DNA of 64,000 nt, from NCBI GenBank assembly GCA_009914755.4, contig CP086569.2:3232001-3296000 (forward strand), written 5' to 3'. The notes beneath the pieces were generated by a model. That model was not told the origin of the DNA. It ran no database searches and worked only from the letters and a program-made list of their open reading frames with translations. The position numbers and the translations under genes are program-made. Origin of the DNA: the human T2T-CHM13v2.0 reference genome, Homo sapiens. How positions within the stretch are numbered: the stretch's first letter is position 1; every line of letters begins with the position of its first letter. Positions 1 to 16,999 of this stretch are shown one piece after another.

Positions 1-1790
1 AACAATACAGATAATTTAAAAATTGAGAAAATTGATAACATCATGAGATGATTTTTGTAAAAAGATAAACAAATTGAGAAGGCTTTAGCTTCATTGACTT
101 AAGCAAAAAAAGATAATACTCAAATACCTAATTCAGGCATAATAGAGAAGACATGACTATTGACTTTATAGAAATAAACAGGATTGCCAGATGTTACTAT
201 GTTATAAAAACCTATAGCTATTAAGAAGATTGAAACAGTAATTAAAAACTTTACAACAAAGAAAATCCCCAAACATTTGACTTCACTGGTAAATTCTATA
301 ACACATTTGAAGAACTAACACCAGTTCTTCTTAATCTCTTTTAAAAATTTAAGAGTATAGAATATTTTCAAACTCATACTGTGAGGTCAGCATGGCCCTG
401 ATAACAAAGACAAAGGCATTATCAAAACACTGTAAACCATTATCTCTGATGGATGTTGATAAAAAAAATCCTCAAAAATTACTCACAATGTAAAAGTGAT
501 GGCATATTAAATGGATTATAAACCATGAACAGGTAGTATTAACTGCTAAAATCTAAGGATGCTCTACCATACTAAAATCAATTAATGTAACATGCCACAT
601 TAACAGAATAAAGGGGAAAATAATATCAATCATCTTACTTGTTGCAGAACAAAATTTATTTCAACATCACTTGATTCAAAAAGTTAAAGCTAGGAAACAA
701 AGAAAACTATTTCAACATAATAAAATTCATATATAAAAAACACAGTTAACATAATCAATGGTGAAAGACTAAAAGCTTTTCTTCTAAAATCAGGAAAAAG
801 ACAAGGATGTCTCCTTTCATAATTTTTATTTTATTTTATTTTATTCAATTTTATTTTTATAGTATGGGAAGTCCTAGTTAAAAGAGTTAAGCAAAAATAA
901 ATAAATAAGTAAAGTAGAAGTCTTCCAAATTGGAAAGGAAGCAGTAAAATTGTGTCTGTTTGCAAATGGCATTATCTTAAATGCAGAAAACTTGAAAGAT
1001 TCCACGAAAAATACCCCTAATAGAACAAATAAATGAATTCAGCAAATTGTAGGACACAAAATGAATATGCAAATATTACTTGTGTTTGTATACATTAACA
1101 ATGAACAATTCAAAAAGAAATTCATTTACAAGTTCAAAAAATAAAACATTTAGAAATCAACTTAACCAAAGAGGTGAACAATTGTACATTAAAAACTACT
1201 GGCTAGGCATGTTGGCTCATGCCTGTACTCTCAGCACTTTGGGAGGCTGAGACAGGAGGATTGCTTGATGACAGGAGGTTGAGACCAGCCTGGGCAATAG
1301 TAAGACTCCATCTCTACAAAACAGACAAACAAAAAACTACAAAATTTTGCTGAAAGAAATTAAACAAGACACCAATACATGGAAAGACATACCTTATTTA
1401 TAGGTTGAAAAACATATTTTCAAAATGAAAATACTATACAAAATTATCTACAAATTAAATACAAACCCTGTCAAAGTCCTAATGATGTTATTTTAGAAGT
1501 AGAAAAATCCACTCTACAATTTACATGAAATCTCAAAGGACTGCCTAGCCACAATATTGAAGAAGAAAAAGAAAATAGTTGGAGATCCCAGACTTCCTAA
1601 TTTCTCCAGATATTTAGGAATTTGAAGGATTCTTATCTTGGTCCTGTGGTTAAAAAAAATAAAAAAGCATTTTCAGGAGAGGAACCAAAGATATGGCCAA
1701 AGGACCATTTGTTAAGGATATTAGTGGGGATATAACAAAACTGCACATTATTCATTAGGACAACAGAATAATGAATTTAAAGGCACTTTG
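1..1790 (+). mobile_element. Old L1 (L1M-like) ORF2-derived fragment, degenerate, interrupted by an Alu-monomer insertion at 1201-1340
   Basis: Degenerate L1 ORF2 reverse-transcriptase motifs in the translation (e.g. ...[21 protein letters not shown]..., [15 protein letters not shown]...), with many stops. This is typical of an ancient LINE-1. Confidence 0.6.
1201..1340 (+). mobile_element. Free Alu monomer (FLAM-like) insertion with target-site duplication
   Basis: ggctaggcatgttggctcatgcctgtactctcagcactttgggaggctgagacaggagg...gagaccagcctgggcaatag matches the Alu left arm and ends in an A-rich tail. It is flanked by direct repeats aaaaactac at about 1191-1199 and 1337-1345. Confidence 0.6.
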
Positions 1791-2754
1791 GAAATTACTC
1801 CTGCCATCCCTCCCACCACAGGCTCAGAAAGCCAAGACCTGGAAAATAAAATTATGTCAAGAGAGGCCTAGGGTGCCCTAAAGATTTTCTGGCTTGCTGC
1901 TTAGGGCCACCTCAAGTCTCTGCTTCCCGCATTCTAACAGGGCACTGCTGGTTTGCCAAGGGAGCCAAGGTGGCACTTGGACCACTGCTCCCCAGGGAAT
2001 GGATACTTAGCTTTGGTATTGTCCATGTGATCCTAGCTCTGCAGTGTCACAGACTGCTCAAGCTATAGAGCCATGGTGGTCTCCACCTAGGTATTAATGA
2101 ATGTATCAGATAACCTGTGGACCCAAACAGATACCTGCTGCAGGGGTAGTGTCACCAGAGAGTTACCATTAGGGCTATGCCTACAGGAGCTATAGAGTAG
2201 GATTACTTCCAAGGCCCCAGAACTGAAAGCAACCAGTGTGCAATGCTGGTCGGGAAGAGCTGTAGGCATGAAACATCAACCTGTAAGAACTGCTGCATGG
2301 GCTGAGCTCAGCATAGCTATAAGGGTGAGGGTGCCCAAGATGATGGGGGCTGAACCCTCACCCAAGTGTGCCCAGAAGGCAGGATATGGGGTCAAGAAAG
2401 ATTATTCTGGAGCCTTAATATTTGATGTTATTTGCACTGTTGGGTTTAAAACTTATTTGTGACCAGTTACCACCTTTTTTTCTTGTTTATTTCTCCCTTT
2501 TAGGATGGAAATGTCTATCATATGCCTGTCCCACCATTGCATTTTAGAAGTAGATAACTTGTTTGATTTCACAGGCTTACAAATGAAGGGAAATTTGGCT
2601 CAGGATAAACCATGTCTTCAGTCTCACCAATATCTGATTTAGATTCTACTCAAGACTGAACTTTGATCTACTGCTGGAAAGATTTAAGACATTTCTACTG
2701 AATAGAATAAATGCATTTTTTTATATGAGAAGGACATGAGTTTTGGAAATCAGG

Positions 2755-3125
2755 TGTAGAATGCTATGGTTTGAATGGCTGTCCTCTCCAAATCTCATGT
2801 TGAAATTCTAATTGCTATTGTAAGAGCATTAAGATATGGAAACCTTAAAAGATGATTAAGCCATGATGATTTCACCCTCATGGGTGAGATTGTTGCTGAT
2901 ATAAGAAGGAGAGTTCAGCCCCCTCTTGTCCTCTTTCTCACCCTCTCACATTCCTTCATGTGATGACACAGCAAGAAGTCCCTCATAAGATCTTGGCACC
3001 TTGATATTAGACTTTCGAGCCTTCAGAAATGTGAGCCAATAAATTTCTCTTCATTACAAATTACCCAGTCTCAGATATTCCGTTATCACAGCTCAAAACT
3101 GACTGAGACACCAGGATTTATGAGC
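2755..3125 (+). mobile_element. ERVL-MaLR solo LTR (MST/MLT-like)
   Basis: Contains the hallmark MaLR LTR motifs ...ccaaatctcatgttgaaat... and the 3' end gagccaataaatttctcttcattacaaattacccagtctcagatatt. Confidence 0.55.
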
Positions 3126-4094
3126 TCAAGAAACAAGAGGTAGAAATGGGAGTGCCACCACTTCCACTAAAATCTCTATTTCCTCTCTAGAAAAATTTGC
3201 GCCTATGTTTCCTGTGACTTTATGCTTTTCTGTCCTAGAGTTTTTAGTTCCAGAGGGAGAAATGCTTCCAGCAGAAGACACAGTGCTTCTATCGAACTGC
3301 ACATTGACACTATCACCCAGCTCCAAGGGGCTCCTCATATGCTTCTGAAGTAACAGGCAAGCAAGGAAGGTTTGATGTTGACTGGCATAATCAATCTTGA
3401 CTGACAACAGAAAAGTGGACTATTATTCCACAGTGGAGGTACTGGAGAGTATGTTTGGAATATAGATTTCTTAAATTGTCTCTTGTTATTACCATGACCT
3501 GTAATTAAAGTCAGAAAACTGTAACAACCCAGTCCAGGCAGGACTCTGAATCGCCCAAAGATTTCAGGAATGAAGCCTTAGGTAACTCCATCAGAACAAT
3601 AATCAGCTGAGGTGCTTAGTGAAGGCAAAGTGAATACAGAATGGGTAAAAAAAGAAGGTAATTAGAAATATTAGCTGTGAACATGTAACCAGTTAGAAGA
3701 ACTATAAACGCCATGGGTATTTACTCCTTATTTTGTTATGAATATATTTGTTTGTGTATATACATATATTAAGCAAATATCATTGTTTTCTTTCCTTTCT
3801 TATTCCCTTATGTAACATATGATATATTGACTTTTTATCAGTAATTATTAATTTTGAATCATAGTATTAAGTTATAGGTTATCAGGAAAAGACTAAACAT
3901 AACTGAAGTGTTTTATATGTTCTTTTGGAGAAAGAATTAGTGTGTTTTCAGTTGTACACAGGATAGCTGTATCATGACAGGTAAAATTTTGACCTTGTTA
4001 TTGGTTTTATTTGGAGATTAAGTATGCTTTAAGAAGATGCAAGTAGGGGCCATTTTGACAAGGGATGGATTTATGATGGTTAATTTTATGTGTC

Positions 4095-4572
4095 AACTTG
4101 ACTGGGCTAAGGCACGTCTAGATAGCTGGTAAAACACTATTTCTGTAAGCGTGTTCCCAGAAGAGATCAGCACTCGTATTGGTGAATCAATTAAAGTAGA
4201 TGGCCTGGTTCAATGTATGTGGGCATCATCCAAGCAGATGAGGGCCTGAATAGAACAAAACAACAGACGAAATATAAATTCACTCTGCTTGAGCTGAGGC
4301 ATTCAACTTCTGCCCTCGGACATCAGTTCTCCTGCGTCTCAGGATTTCAGACTCAGACTAGGGTTTATACCATCCATGGGCCGCCTAATTCTCAAGCCTT
4401 TAAACCTGGACCGAATAATACCACTGACTTTCCTGGTTCTCCAGTTTGCAGATGGCAGATCATGGGAGTTCTAGCCCCCGCCTAACCATATGGGCCAATT
4501 GCTGTAATAAATCTCCTCTTATTTATCTGCATCCATATCTATATCTATATCTTACTGATTCTTTCTGAAGAA
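4095..4572 (+). mobile_element. ERVL-MaLR solo LTR (MLT1-like)
   Basis: Begins tgtgtcaacttgactgggctaagg and contains ...catccaagcagatgagggcctgaatagaacaaaa... and ...gccaattgctgtaataaatctcctcttat...gaaccctgatata. This matches my memory of MLT1 consensus structure. Confidence 0.5.
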
Positions 4573-4859
4573 CCCTGATATAGTTGTATAACTGTAAATT
4601 TACCAAAAATCACTAAATTTTACACACTTTAAATGGGCGAATTATATGGTATGTAATTGTAACTTGATAATGTTATTTTTTTAAAGTACCAATAGCCTAA
4701 TACACATAAAAAAGCTATTTACAGATATAAAAAAGGGAAAACCTCATTTATACTAGTAGCAGCAACAACAAAACATACAAATTAACATAAAAATGTTTAA
4801 AGCATTTAAAAAGAAAATCTCAAAACCTTTCTAAAGACACAAAAATAATCAGAAACAGG

Positions 4860-5838
4860 AGGCAAGAGCAAAATGGTCAGCTAGATGCAGCCAAGTGAAA
4901 CAGCTCCCACTAGGACTAAGATGACTAACGTGCTTCTAACAGATATTCAGAGAAGGCACTGAGATTGGATGAAGGGAATACACAGAAGTTGGGATGAAGA
5001 GGGAGAAACCTGGGACTTTAAACCAAAAAAGAGTAAAAAAGACAAAAAAGGCATTGCATAATGGTAAGGGTTCAATTCAACAAGAAGTTTGAACTATCCT
5101 AAATATATATGCACGCAATGCAGATGCAGCCAGATTCATAAAACAAATTCTTAGAGACCTTCAAAGAGAGACTGTTACACAATAATAGTGGGAGACTTTA
5201 ACACCCCACTGACAATACTAGAACATCAAGACAGAAAATTAACAAAGATGTTCAAAACTTGGACTCAGCACTGGATCAAATAGACCTGATAGACATCTAC
5301 AGAACTATCCACTGAAAAACATTAGAATACACATTCTTCTCATCACCACATAACACATACTCTAAAATCAATCACATAATCAGGATTAAAACACTCCTCA
5401 GCAAATGCAAAATAACTGAAATCATAACAAACTTTTGGACCACAGCACAATCAAATTAGAAATCAAGATTAAGAAATTTACTCAAAACCAAACAATTACA
5501 TGGAAATTGAATGACCTGCTCCTGAAGGACTTTTGGGTGAATAATGAAATAAAGGTTGAAATCAAGTTCTTTGAAACTAATGAAAACAAAGATACAACAT
5601 ACCAGAATCTCTGGGACACAGCTAAGGCAGTGTTAAGAGGAAAATTTATAGCACTAAATGCCCTTACCAAAAAGTTAGAAAAATCTCAATTTACCAACCT
5701 AACATCACAACTAAAAGAACTAAAGAACCAAGAGCAAACCATTCTTAAAGCTAGCAGAAGACAAGAAATAACCAAAATCAGAGCTGAACTGATGGAGATT
5801 GAGACATGAAAAACCATTTTAAAAAATGAATCCAAGAG

Positions 5839-5900
<62 letters not shown>

Positions 5901-8900
5901 TACAGTAGACTACTAGCTGGACTAATAAAGAACAAAATATAGATGATTCAAAGAAACAGAAACAACAGGGGGGATATTACCACTGACAACAAAGAAAGGC
6001 AAATAAACATCCGAGAACGTTATGAATACCTTTATGCACATAAGCTAGAAAATCTAGAAGAAATGGGTAATTTCCTAGACATACAACCTCCCAAGACAGA
6101 ACCAGCAAAACATTGAATCCCTGAACAGACCAAAAATGATCTCTGAAATTGAGTCAGTAATAAGTAGGCTATCTGCCAAAAAAGCCTAGGACCAGTTAGA
6201 TTCATAGCTGAATTATATCAGATGTACAAACAAGAGTTGGTACCATTCCTAGTGAAAATACTCCAAAAAAATTGAAGGGGAGAGACTCCTACCTAACTCA
6301 TTCTTTGAGGCTATGAGGTCAAGATCACCCTGATATCAAAACCTGGCAGAGAGACAATAAAAAAAGAAAACTTTAGGTTAATATTCCTGAGAAACATTGA
6401 CACAAAAACACACAACGAAATACTGGCAAACTGAATCCATAAGTGCATCATAAAGTTTAGCAACCACAATAAAGCAGGATTTATCTCTGAGATGCAAGGT
6501 TGGTTCAACATGTGCAAATCATTAAGTGTGATTCATACATAAACCTCAGTACAGACTAAAACAACATAATGATCTCAATAGATGCAGAAAATGGTTTCTG
6601 TAAAATTCAATATTGCTTCATGTTAAAAACTCAATAACCCGGGTAGTGAAGGAACATACCTCAAAATAATAATAGCCACCTGTGACAACCCCACAGCCAA
6701 TATCATACTGAATGGGCAAAAGCTGGAATCATTCCTATTGAAAATCTGAACAAGACAAGGATGCCCTCTCTCACCACTCTTATTTAAGATAGTATTGGAA
6801 GTCCTGGCCAGGACAATCAGGCAAGAGAAGGAAATACAGTGCATCCAAATAGGAAGAGAGGAAGTCAAACTACCCATTTGCAGACAACATGATCCGATAT
6901 CTACAAAACCGCAGTCTTAGCCCAAAAGCTTCTTAAGCTGATAAACAACTTCAGCAAATTCTCACGATACAAAATCAGTGTGCAAAAATCAGAAACATTC
7001 CTATACACCAACAACAGTCAAGCCAAGAGCCAAATCAGGAACATCTTCCCGTTCACAGTTGCCACACACGATAAATAAAATATCAATGAACATAGCTAAC
7101 AATGGAGGTGAATGGAGGTGAAGGACTCTACAAGAACAACAAAAGACTGCTCAAAGAAATCAGAGATGACACAAACAAATGGATAAACATTCCATGCTCA
7201 TGGATAGGAAGAATCAATGTTGTTAAAGTGACTAAACTGCCCAAAGCATTTTCTGGATTTAATGCTACTCCCAATAAACTACCATTGATATTCTTCATAG
7301 AAATAGAAAAAACTATTTTAAAATTCATCTGGGACAGAAAAAGAGCCCAAATAGCCAAGGCAAACATAAGCAAAAGAACAAAGCCAGAGGCACCATGATA
7401 CCGAACTTCAAACTGCAGTACAAGGCTGTAGTTTGGTTACAAGGCTACAGTAACCAAAACAGCATGGAACTAGTACAGAAACAGACACATAGACCAATGG
7501 AACAAAATAGAGAACCCAAAAGTAAAGCCACACACCTAAAACCATCTGATCTTTGACAAATCTGACAAAAATAAGCAATGGGGAAATGATTCTCTCCTCA
7601 GTAAATGGTGCTGGGATAACTGACTAGTCATATGCAGAAGATAGAAACTGGACCTCTTCCTCACACCATATCCAAAAATTAACTCACGATGGATTAAAGA
7701 CTTAAATGTATAACCCAAAACTATAAAAAAACTTGGAAGACAACCTAGACCATACTGTTCTGGACATAGAAATGGGCAAGTATTTCGTGATAAAGACACC
7801 AAAAGAAATTGCAATGAAAGCAAAAATTGACAAATGAGATTCAATTAAACTAAAGAGCCTTCTGCATGGCAAAAGAAGCTATCAAAAGAGTGAACAGAAA
7901 ACCCACAGAATGGGAGACAATGTTTGGAAACTATGCATCCAACAAAGGTCTAATATCCAGCATCAATAATGAACTTAAACAAATCAAAAAGTAAAAAAAC
8001 AACCCCATTAAAAAGTGGGCAAAGGACATGAACAGCCACTTTTCGAAAGAAGACATACATGTGGCCAACAATCATATATAAAAAAGCTCAACATCACTGA
8101 TCATTATACAAACATAAATCAAAACCACAATGAGATACCATCTTATACCAGTAAGAATGGCTGTTATTAAAAAGTCAAAAATTGAAAGATGTTAGCAAAA
8201 TTGTGGAGAAAAACGAAGGCTTATACACTGTTGATGGGGCTGTAAATTATGTCAACCATTGTGGGAGAGTGTGACAAGTCCTCAAAAACCTAAAAACACA
8301 AACATCATTTGGCCCAGCAATCCCATTACTGGGTATATAGCGAAAATAATATAAATCATGCTATTATAAAGACACATGCATGCATACATTCATTGCAACA
8401 CTATTCACAATAGCAAATACATAAAATCAACCTCAATGCCCATCAATGGTAGACTATATAAAGAAAATGTGGTACATGTACACCATGAAATACTATGCAG
8501 CCATAAAAAGGAATAAAATCTTCTTATTTGCAGGAACATGGGTGAAATTGGAGGCCATTTTCCTTAGAAAACTAACACAGGAACAGAAAACCAAATACCA
8601 CATGCTCTCACTTACAAGTGAGAGCTAAATAATGGTAACACATGGACACATAGAGGGAAACAGCACATGTTGAGTTCTATCAAAGGGTGGAGGGTGGGAG
8701 GAAGGAGAGGATCAGGAAAAATAACTAATGGGTACTAGGCTTAATACCTGGGTAACAAAATAATTTGTACAACAAACCCCCATGTTTTTGTACTACACAT
8801 AATGGAAAATGAACAGGAAGGTGTATGGCCAGTGTAAAAATTAATAGCTAGAGCTTTGCATGGAGCCTCTAGCCCCACTAGATATTTAAACATAAACAAC

Positions 8901-8950
8901 GTCTCTATAGTAATGCAATAACATACTGGCACACTAATACACAGGCAGAA
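4860..8950 (+). mobile_element. 5'-truncated L1 (L1PB/L1MA-like): ORF2 endonuclease, RT and C-terminus plus 3' UTR, non-functional
   Basis: ORF track 5435-5809 ([13 protein letters not shown] ...[23 protein letters not shown]...), 7102-7398 ([27 protein letters not shown]...) and 8446-8628 (MEYYAAIKRNKI...) are all L1 ORF2 segments, in order and in one orientation. The 3' UTR ...acaacaaacccccatg... ends near 8890. The element is interrupted by the (TA)n(CA)n tract at 5842-5902. Confidence 0.8.
5842..5902. repeat. (TA)n(CA)n microsatellite inside the L1
   Basis: About 50 bp of atatat... followed by cacacaca, seen directly. Confidence 0.9.
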
Positions 8951-10009
8951 ATGAATTAATAAAGAATTACAAAAGTAGACCCAAGTATATAGTTATATTT
9001 ATAATATAATGTTGGCATTTTATATCACCAGAGCTAAAAGGGACATATAAATTACATTGAGATAATTGGATAGTCATTTTGAGAAAAAAACAATGTCTAT
9101 ATCTCATACCACACAACAATCAAGTACAAATTATTTGGAGATATAAATTTAGCAGAAAATAACCAAATAAAGAAAGATACCGTGTACAAATTAGAAGAAA
9201 GGATGAGTAAAATCTTATAATCTTTGATGTGCAAAAATCTTTCTAACTATAACTCAAAACCTATGTTTTGAGTGATAAACTTTACTATGTATTAATACAT
9301 TTATTTAAGGCTAAAATCATAGTAAACAAATTTTGAATTTTTCACCAAAAAATAATAACTTAAAAGCAAATCTATATTCCAGGTTAACTATTTTCATATT
9401 GGAGAAAATAACAAAATAAAATACAAAATAGGAAAGTATAAAATAAGATAATCCAAAATGTAAAGAAAATACCAAATACATGATATAAAGCTATATAAAT
9501 GAATTCATAAGGGAAATATCTGTGATAGCTACTTTGAGATACCATTCTATACCTCTCAAAAATTGCCAATATTCAAAACATTGGTAACATGTTTAGTTGG
9601 TAAGAATGTCGGGAAAGCAGCACAATCATATAGAGCCATTGGAAACACAATATTATACAATCACTGTAGAAAGAGATTTGATAAATTCTAATAAAACTAT
9701 ACTATAGCATTATATTAATAAACTATACTGTATCTCAATTCTAGGAATTTATCCTTAAGTTCTCTCCATGCATATGCACAACTTTGTTCATTGTATCAAC
9801 AGTTGTAATTTTTAAATAACAAGAACAATCTATATGGCAAAATATGGAAAATAGTTTGAACGAATTATGTTACATAAACCATACACCCCAGGAAGAACTA
9901 TAGCAACCTGATAGAGAAAGTGAGGACAATCTCTATAACCAATATGGAGTTATTTCCAAGATTGCAGTTAAATGAAAAAAAGCACAAAGAAATATACAAA
10001 TTAAGGTTT

Positions 10010-10155
10010 GTGTGTGTACATATATATATATATCATATATATACATATATGGTATATATATATGGTATATATACCTATATATACACACCTATATATGGGT
10101 ATATATACCTATATATATATATACCTTATATATATATATATATATACCTATATAA
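10010..10155. repeat. Compound TA/TG-rich microsatellite (TATATG/TATACC variants)
   Basis: gtgtgtgtacatatatatatatcatatatatacatatatggtatatatatatgg... seen directly. Confidence 0.9.
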
Positions 10156-10379
10156 TTTAAAAACATTACAAAGTTATATCTGCTTTTTAAAGAAGAAAAA
10201 CAAAGAATAAGGCAAGAACAAATCAAATTATTTACCTATAGGCTATAAAGGAGCACCGGGTACAATGTGTAGCTTCTGAGTGTAGCTTTATGCATAGTTT
10301 TGTGTTTTGAAGCTATGTTAAGGTTTCACATTTTAAAAAATGAAATAAAATAAAGATGGGTGAAAATACTAAATTTTAG

Positions 10380-13900
<3,521 letters not shown>

Positions 13901-16900
13901 GTGATTTCTCTCTACCTATATGTTCATGTTTTGTTTATGAAAAGTCATTAATTTTTAAATAATTAGTTATCCTTCAGGTCTCAATAATCCCTATTCCACA
14001 ATGGTAAAGTTACAACAAATGCACTTACTTAGAGCACAGAATCCTTTCACACCACTACCAAATTTTCTTCATTCCGTTTGCTGGGCCAATGCTACAAGAT
14101 AAGATAAACCCTGGCCCTATTTTCTCAGACTGCATGATAAGATGAATACTGTAATTTTGAATTGAACATAGAGTCAGTGGTACATTAGGAGCCTAGTAGA
14201 GGAATAGTATCAAGAAGTCAAAAATCTTTAATGTGAGACACTGGATAATGACTGGACTGGAGACAAATCATTTCTTTAAAAAAAAACCCAGAATATAGAC
14301 TATTAAAATAGAACACAAAAAATTTAAAATGTTTTAAGGAGAGATGAAAATAATCAGATGAAATGAGAAGCAAATAAGAGAAAAAAAGAATATATTTGTC
14401 ACACAGGTGAAACAAAAGGTGAGGGAGGGGATAGAACAGGAATTCAGAACTGTGACTAAAATCTGTCTGCTTATATACCTAATTTTTCATATTTGCTCTG
14501 TTTTAATGAGAATTTTCCATAAAATAAAACTAACTTTTCAATATTCTGTTAACCAATTTCCTCTTCTTCTAACTACCACACTTCTTCAAAAGGAGAATAC
14601 ACCCTAGAAATCGTCTGCTGAACTAGAAAACAAGAAGACTGTTCAATAAGCCAGTCTGTCATCTTGCTCACTGAAGGAACAAGTATATGTATATACAATT
14701 TTTTGTTAGTAGTTTTTCAGGTTTCACTACCAATTAAAGTACACTAAAGATAGAGAAAATGCAATGAACTAAATAGATTTGAAAATGCATGTTGATTTTG
14801 GGAAGTTATATAAAATTAGTTTTAAATTTTCTCAACTTTTCCAATATATGGGGGAAAAAAGTTTTGAAAGCCAACTAATTCCATGAGTTCTATGGAATGG
14901 AAACACTGATATAAATTTTGCCTTGAAAGAAATTAGATTTTCTGATTAATTGGTATAAGTTTTAAATAAGATATAGCACCTTACACTTCTGTTACACTTA
15001 GTTTAAAAGATATGAGTACAATAATGTTGAGACATTATTCTTGGCACCACAATACAGTAAATAGTTTAAATGCCTAACCAAAATAGCTATTTTAGGAAGC
15101 TGGCATAACAACCTGTGAATGTCATGCCTTCCGAAATGGCAAAAGAAGATTTTTTCATTTCCTCTCCACAATCCCAAACAATGAGAAAGCAATGAAAAGT
15201 TTAATAGAGTGAGTTACAAAGCACAACTATGCAAAAATAAAAGAGGTATAGCACACTGGGTAAAAGTTATTTGCTGTCCCTAGGTAGTACATTTAATTTA
15301 CAACTGATGTTCATAAAATAAAATGATATTTTCCTTTTGTCATAAGTATCTACATATGTCTCGCTATGTTTTCAACTTTTTAATGTAACCTTTATAATAT
15401 GACTATGATACTGGAAATTTAATGTTCATATATTATTAATTATGCTTTTTTACTATATTGACCTCTTTAATATTCTGCATGTTGGTCATTTATTCATCCC
15501 CAGATAATTGCTTCACCTGTAGGTAAAAGGTGATATTCAAAGCCAAAGGCAAAATACTATTATTTAAAAGTTCAACTCTTTATTCAGAGTATAATATCAA
15601 TTATTAAAATATGCATACTGATGTATTTACTATTACAACATATATTTTTGTACTACATTTAAGTTTACTGTTTGTGTCTTGTAATATCTACACTTATTCA
15701 AAATCTTCAAATGAAAATAATATGTAGATTTTATTCATACTTGCCAAAAATTATATTAACTCTAGCCTTAGTTCAAACTTATATTAATATATAATTTTAA
15801 ACTACTGATTAAACTAAAAATTTACAGATATTTTCCTGCTTCTAAAAATATACTAGCAAAGATTGTTATAGTAGAAAAAAACAAAAAGAGCGTTTTCTTA
15901 ATCTCAGCCATTAAATCAAATAACTACTGAGTCAAAGTGGGGTATATTTGATGGTAATCATGAGGCTTGGGTTTCAGTCCAGGTTTTACACCAAAATATT
16001 CTTCATGATTGGAAAAATTAGTTTCCATTACGGAGCCTTTTTTAAAAAATTTCATACGCACACAGATTCTCTCTAAAGTCACATTCAAATCAAAATTCTT
16101 TATGATGATATGAAAATAAGCAATGGAGATAAAATATTCTTTTGTTACAAATTTTAGTAAAATTGTGACGTATTATATTTAATAACTACTATTTTCCAAG
16201 ATAGAACAATCCAAGCTTGATAAAGCATATTGAGTAGATATCTGCATATTTAAAGAATATCCAGAATTCCCTCTTTAAAAGTACCTATCAGAGCAATACT
16301 ACTTCAGATAACTATAAACTATGGAGAAAATATTTAAAATATTCTTTAAATCTAACATTAGAGCACAACAAAAAGCATGATAAAACCACAAAGGAGTCGA
16401 CAGCTTAATATAACAGTAAGTTTCTGATATTTTAAAGGCTTCTTATGAAAAAGAAGACAGGCTCCAGTTCATTTCACGTAAGTTACCTCCATTTACATGG
16501 AATTCCACAGTCTTGTCTGCACGACTATCCACATATGGTATCCACATGTGGTAGAGTTTAGGCTGCCACAGCAACTGTAAATTGAAGAGGAAATGTTGGA
16601 GAAAAATTCCAGAGAAGACGAGTCCCAAAATTTATGTATAAATATTGCCCAAATTTCTAGCTGACCCAAGAAGTATGCAAAGTCAGGTCAGATGCCACAC
16701 AGACCAGGTAAGGCTAAGACATATATATTTTTAATTTCAGCTGATTCTCCATGCAGGGCAGTCAATATTTAAAAAAAAATATACCCAGCCAAGTTAATTT
16801 CGGGCTGAAACTACAACAAATGAAAAAACTCCATTGTTTCAATGAATATAATAGACTCAAGAATCTCTGCAATATTTTATGATGTCTAAGATATAATCCA

Positions 16901-16999
16901 AAATTATTAGACATATGAAGAAACAGAAAAAATATTTCATGCTCAGGTTAAAAACAAAAAAACAACAAATGGAGATTGACTCAGGCATAATGTTGATGT

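Noticed and set aside
5435-8628. ORFs with good protein-like translations (124, 98 and 60 aa), and similarly 35655-39699 on the minus strand (up to 313 aa)
   Set aside because: These are fragments of LINE-1 ORF1 and ORF2 broken by stops and frameshifts. They are annotated as mobile elements, not host genes.
9990-10170. Regularly spaced short repeats that could superficially suggest a CRISPR-like array; the same applies at 44609-44776
   Set aside because: They are TA/TG dinucleotide-based compound microsatellites with no repeat-spacer organisation. The sequence is eukaryotic, and no cas genes or any prokaryotic gene structure exist in the window.
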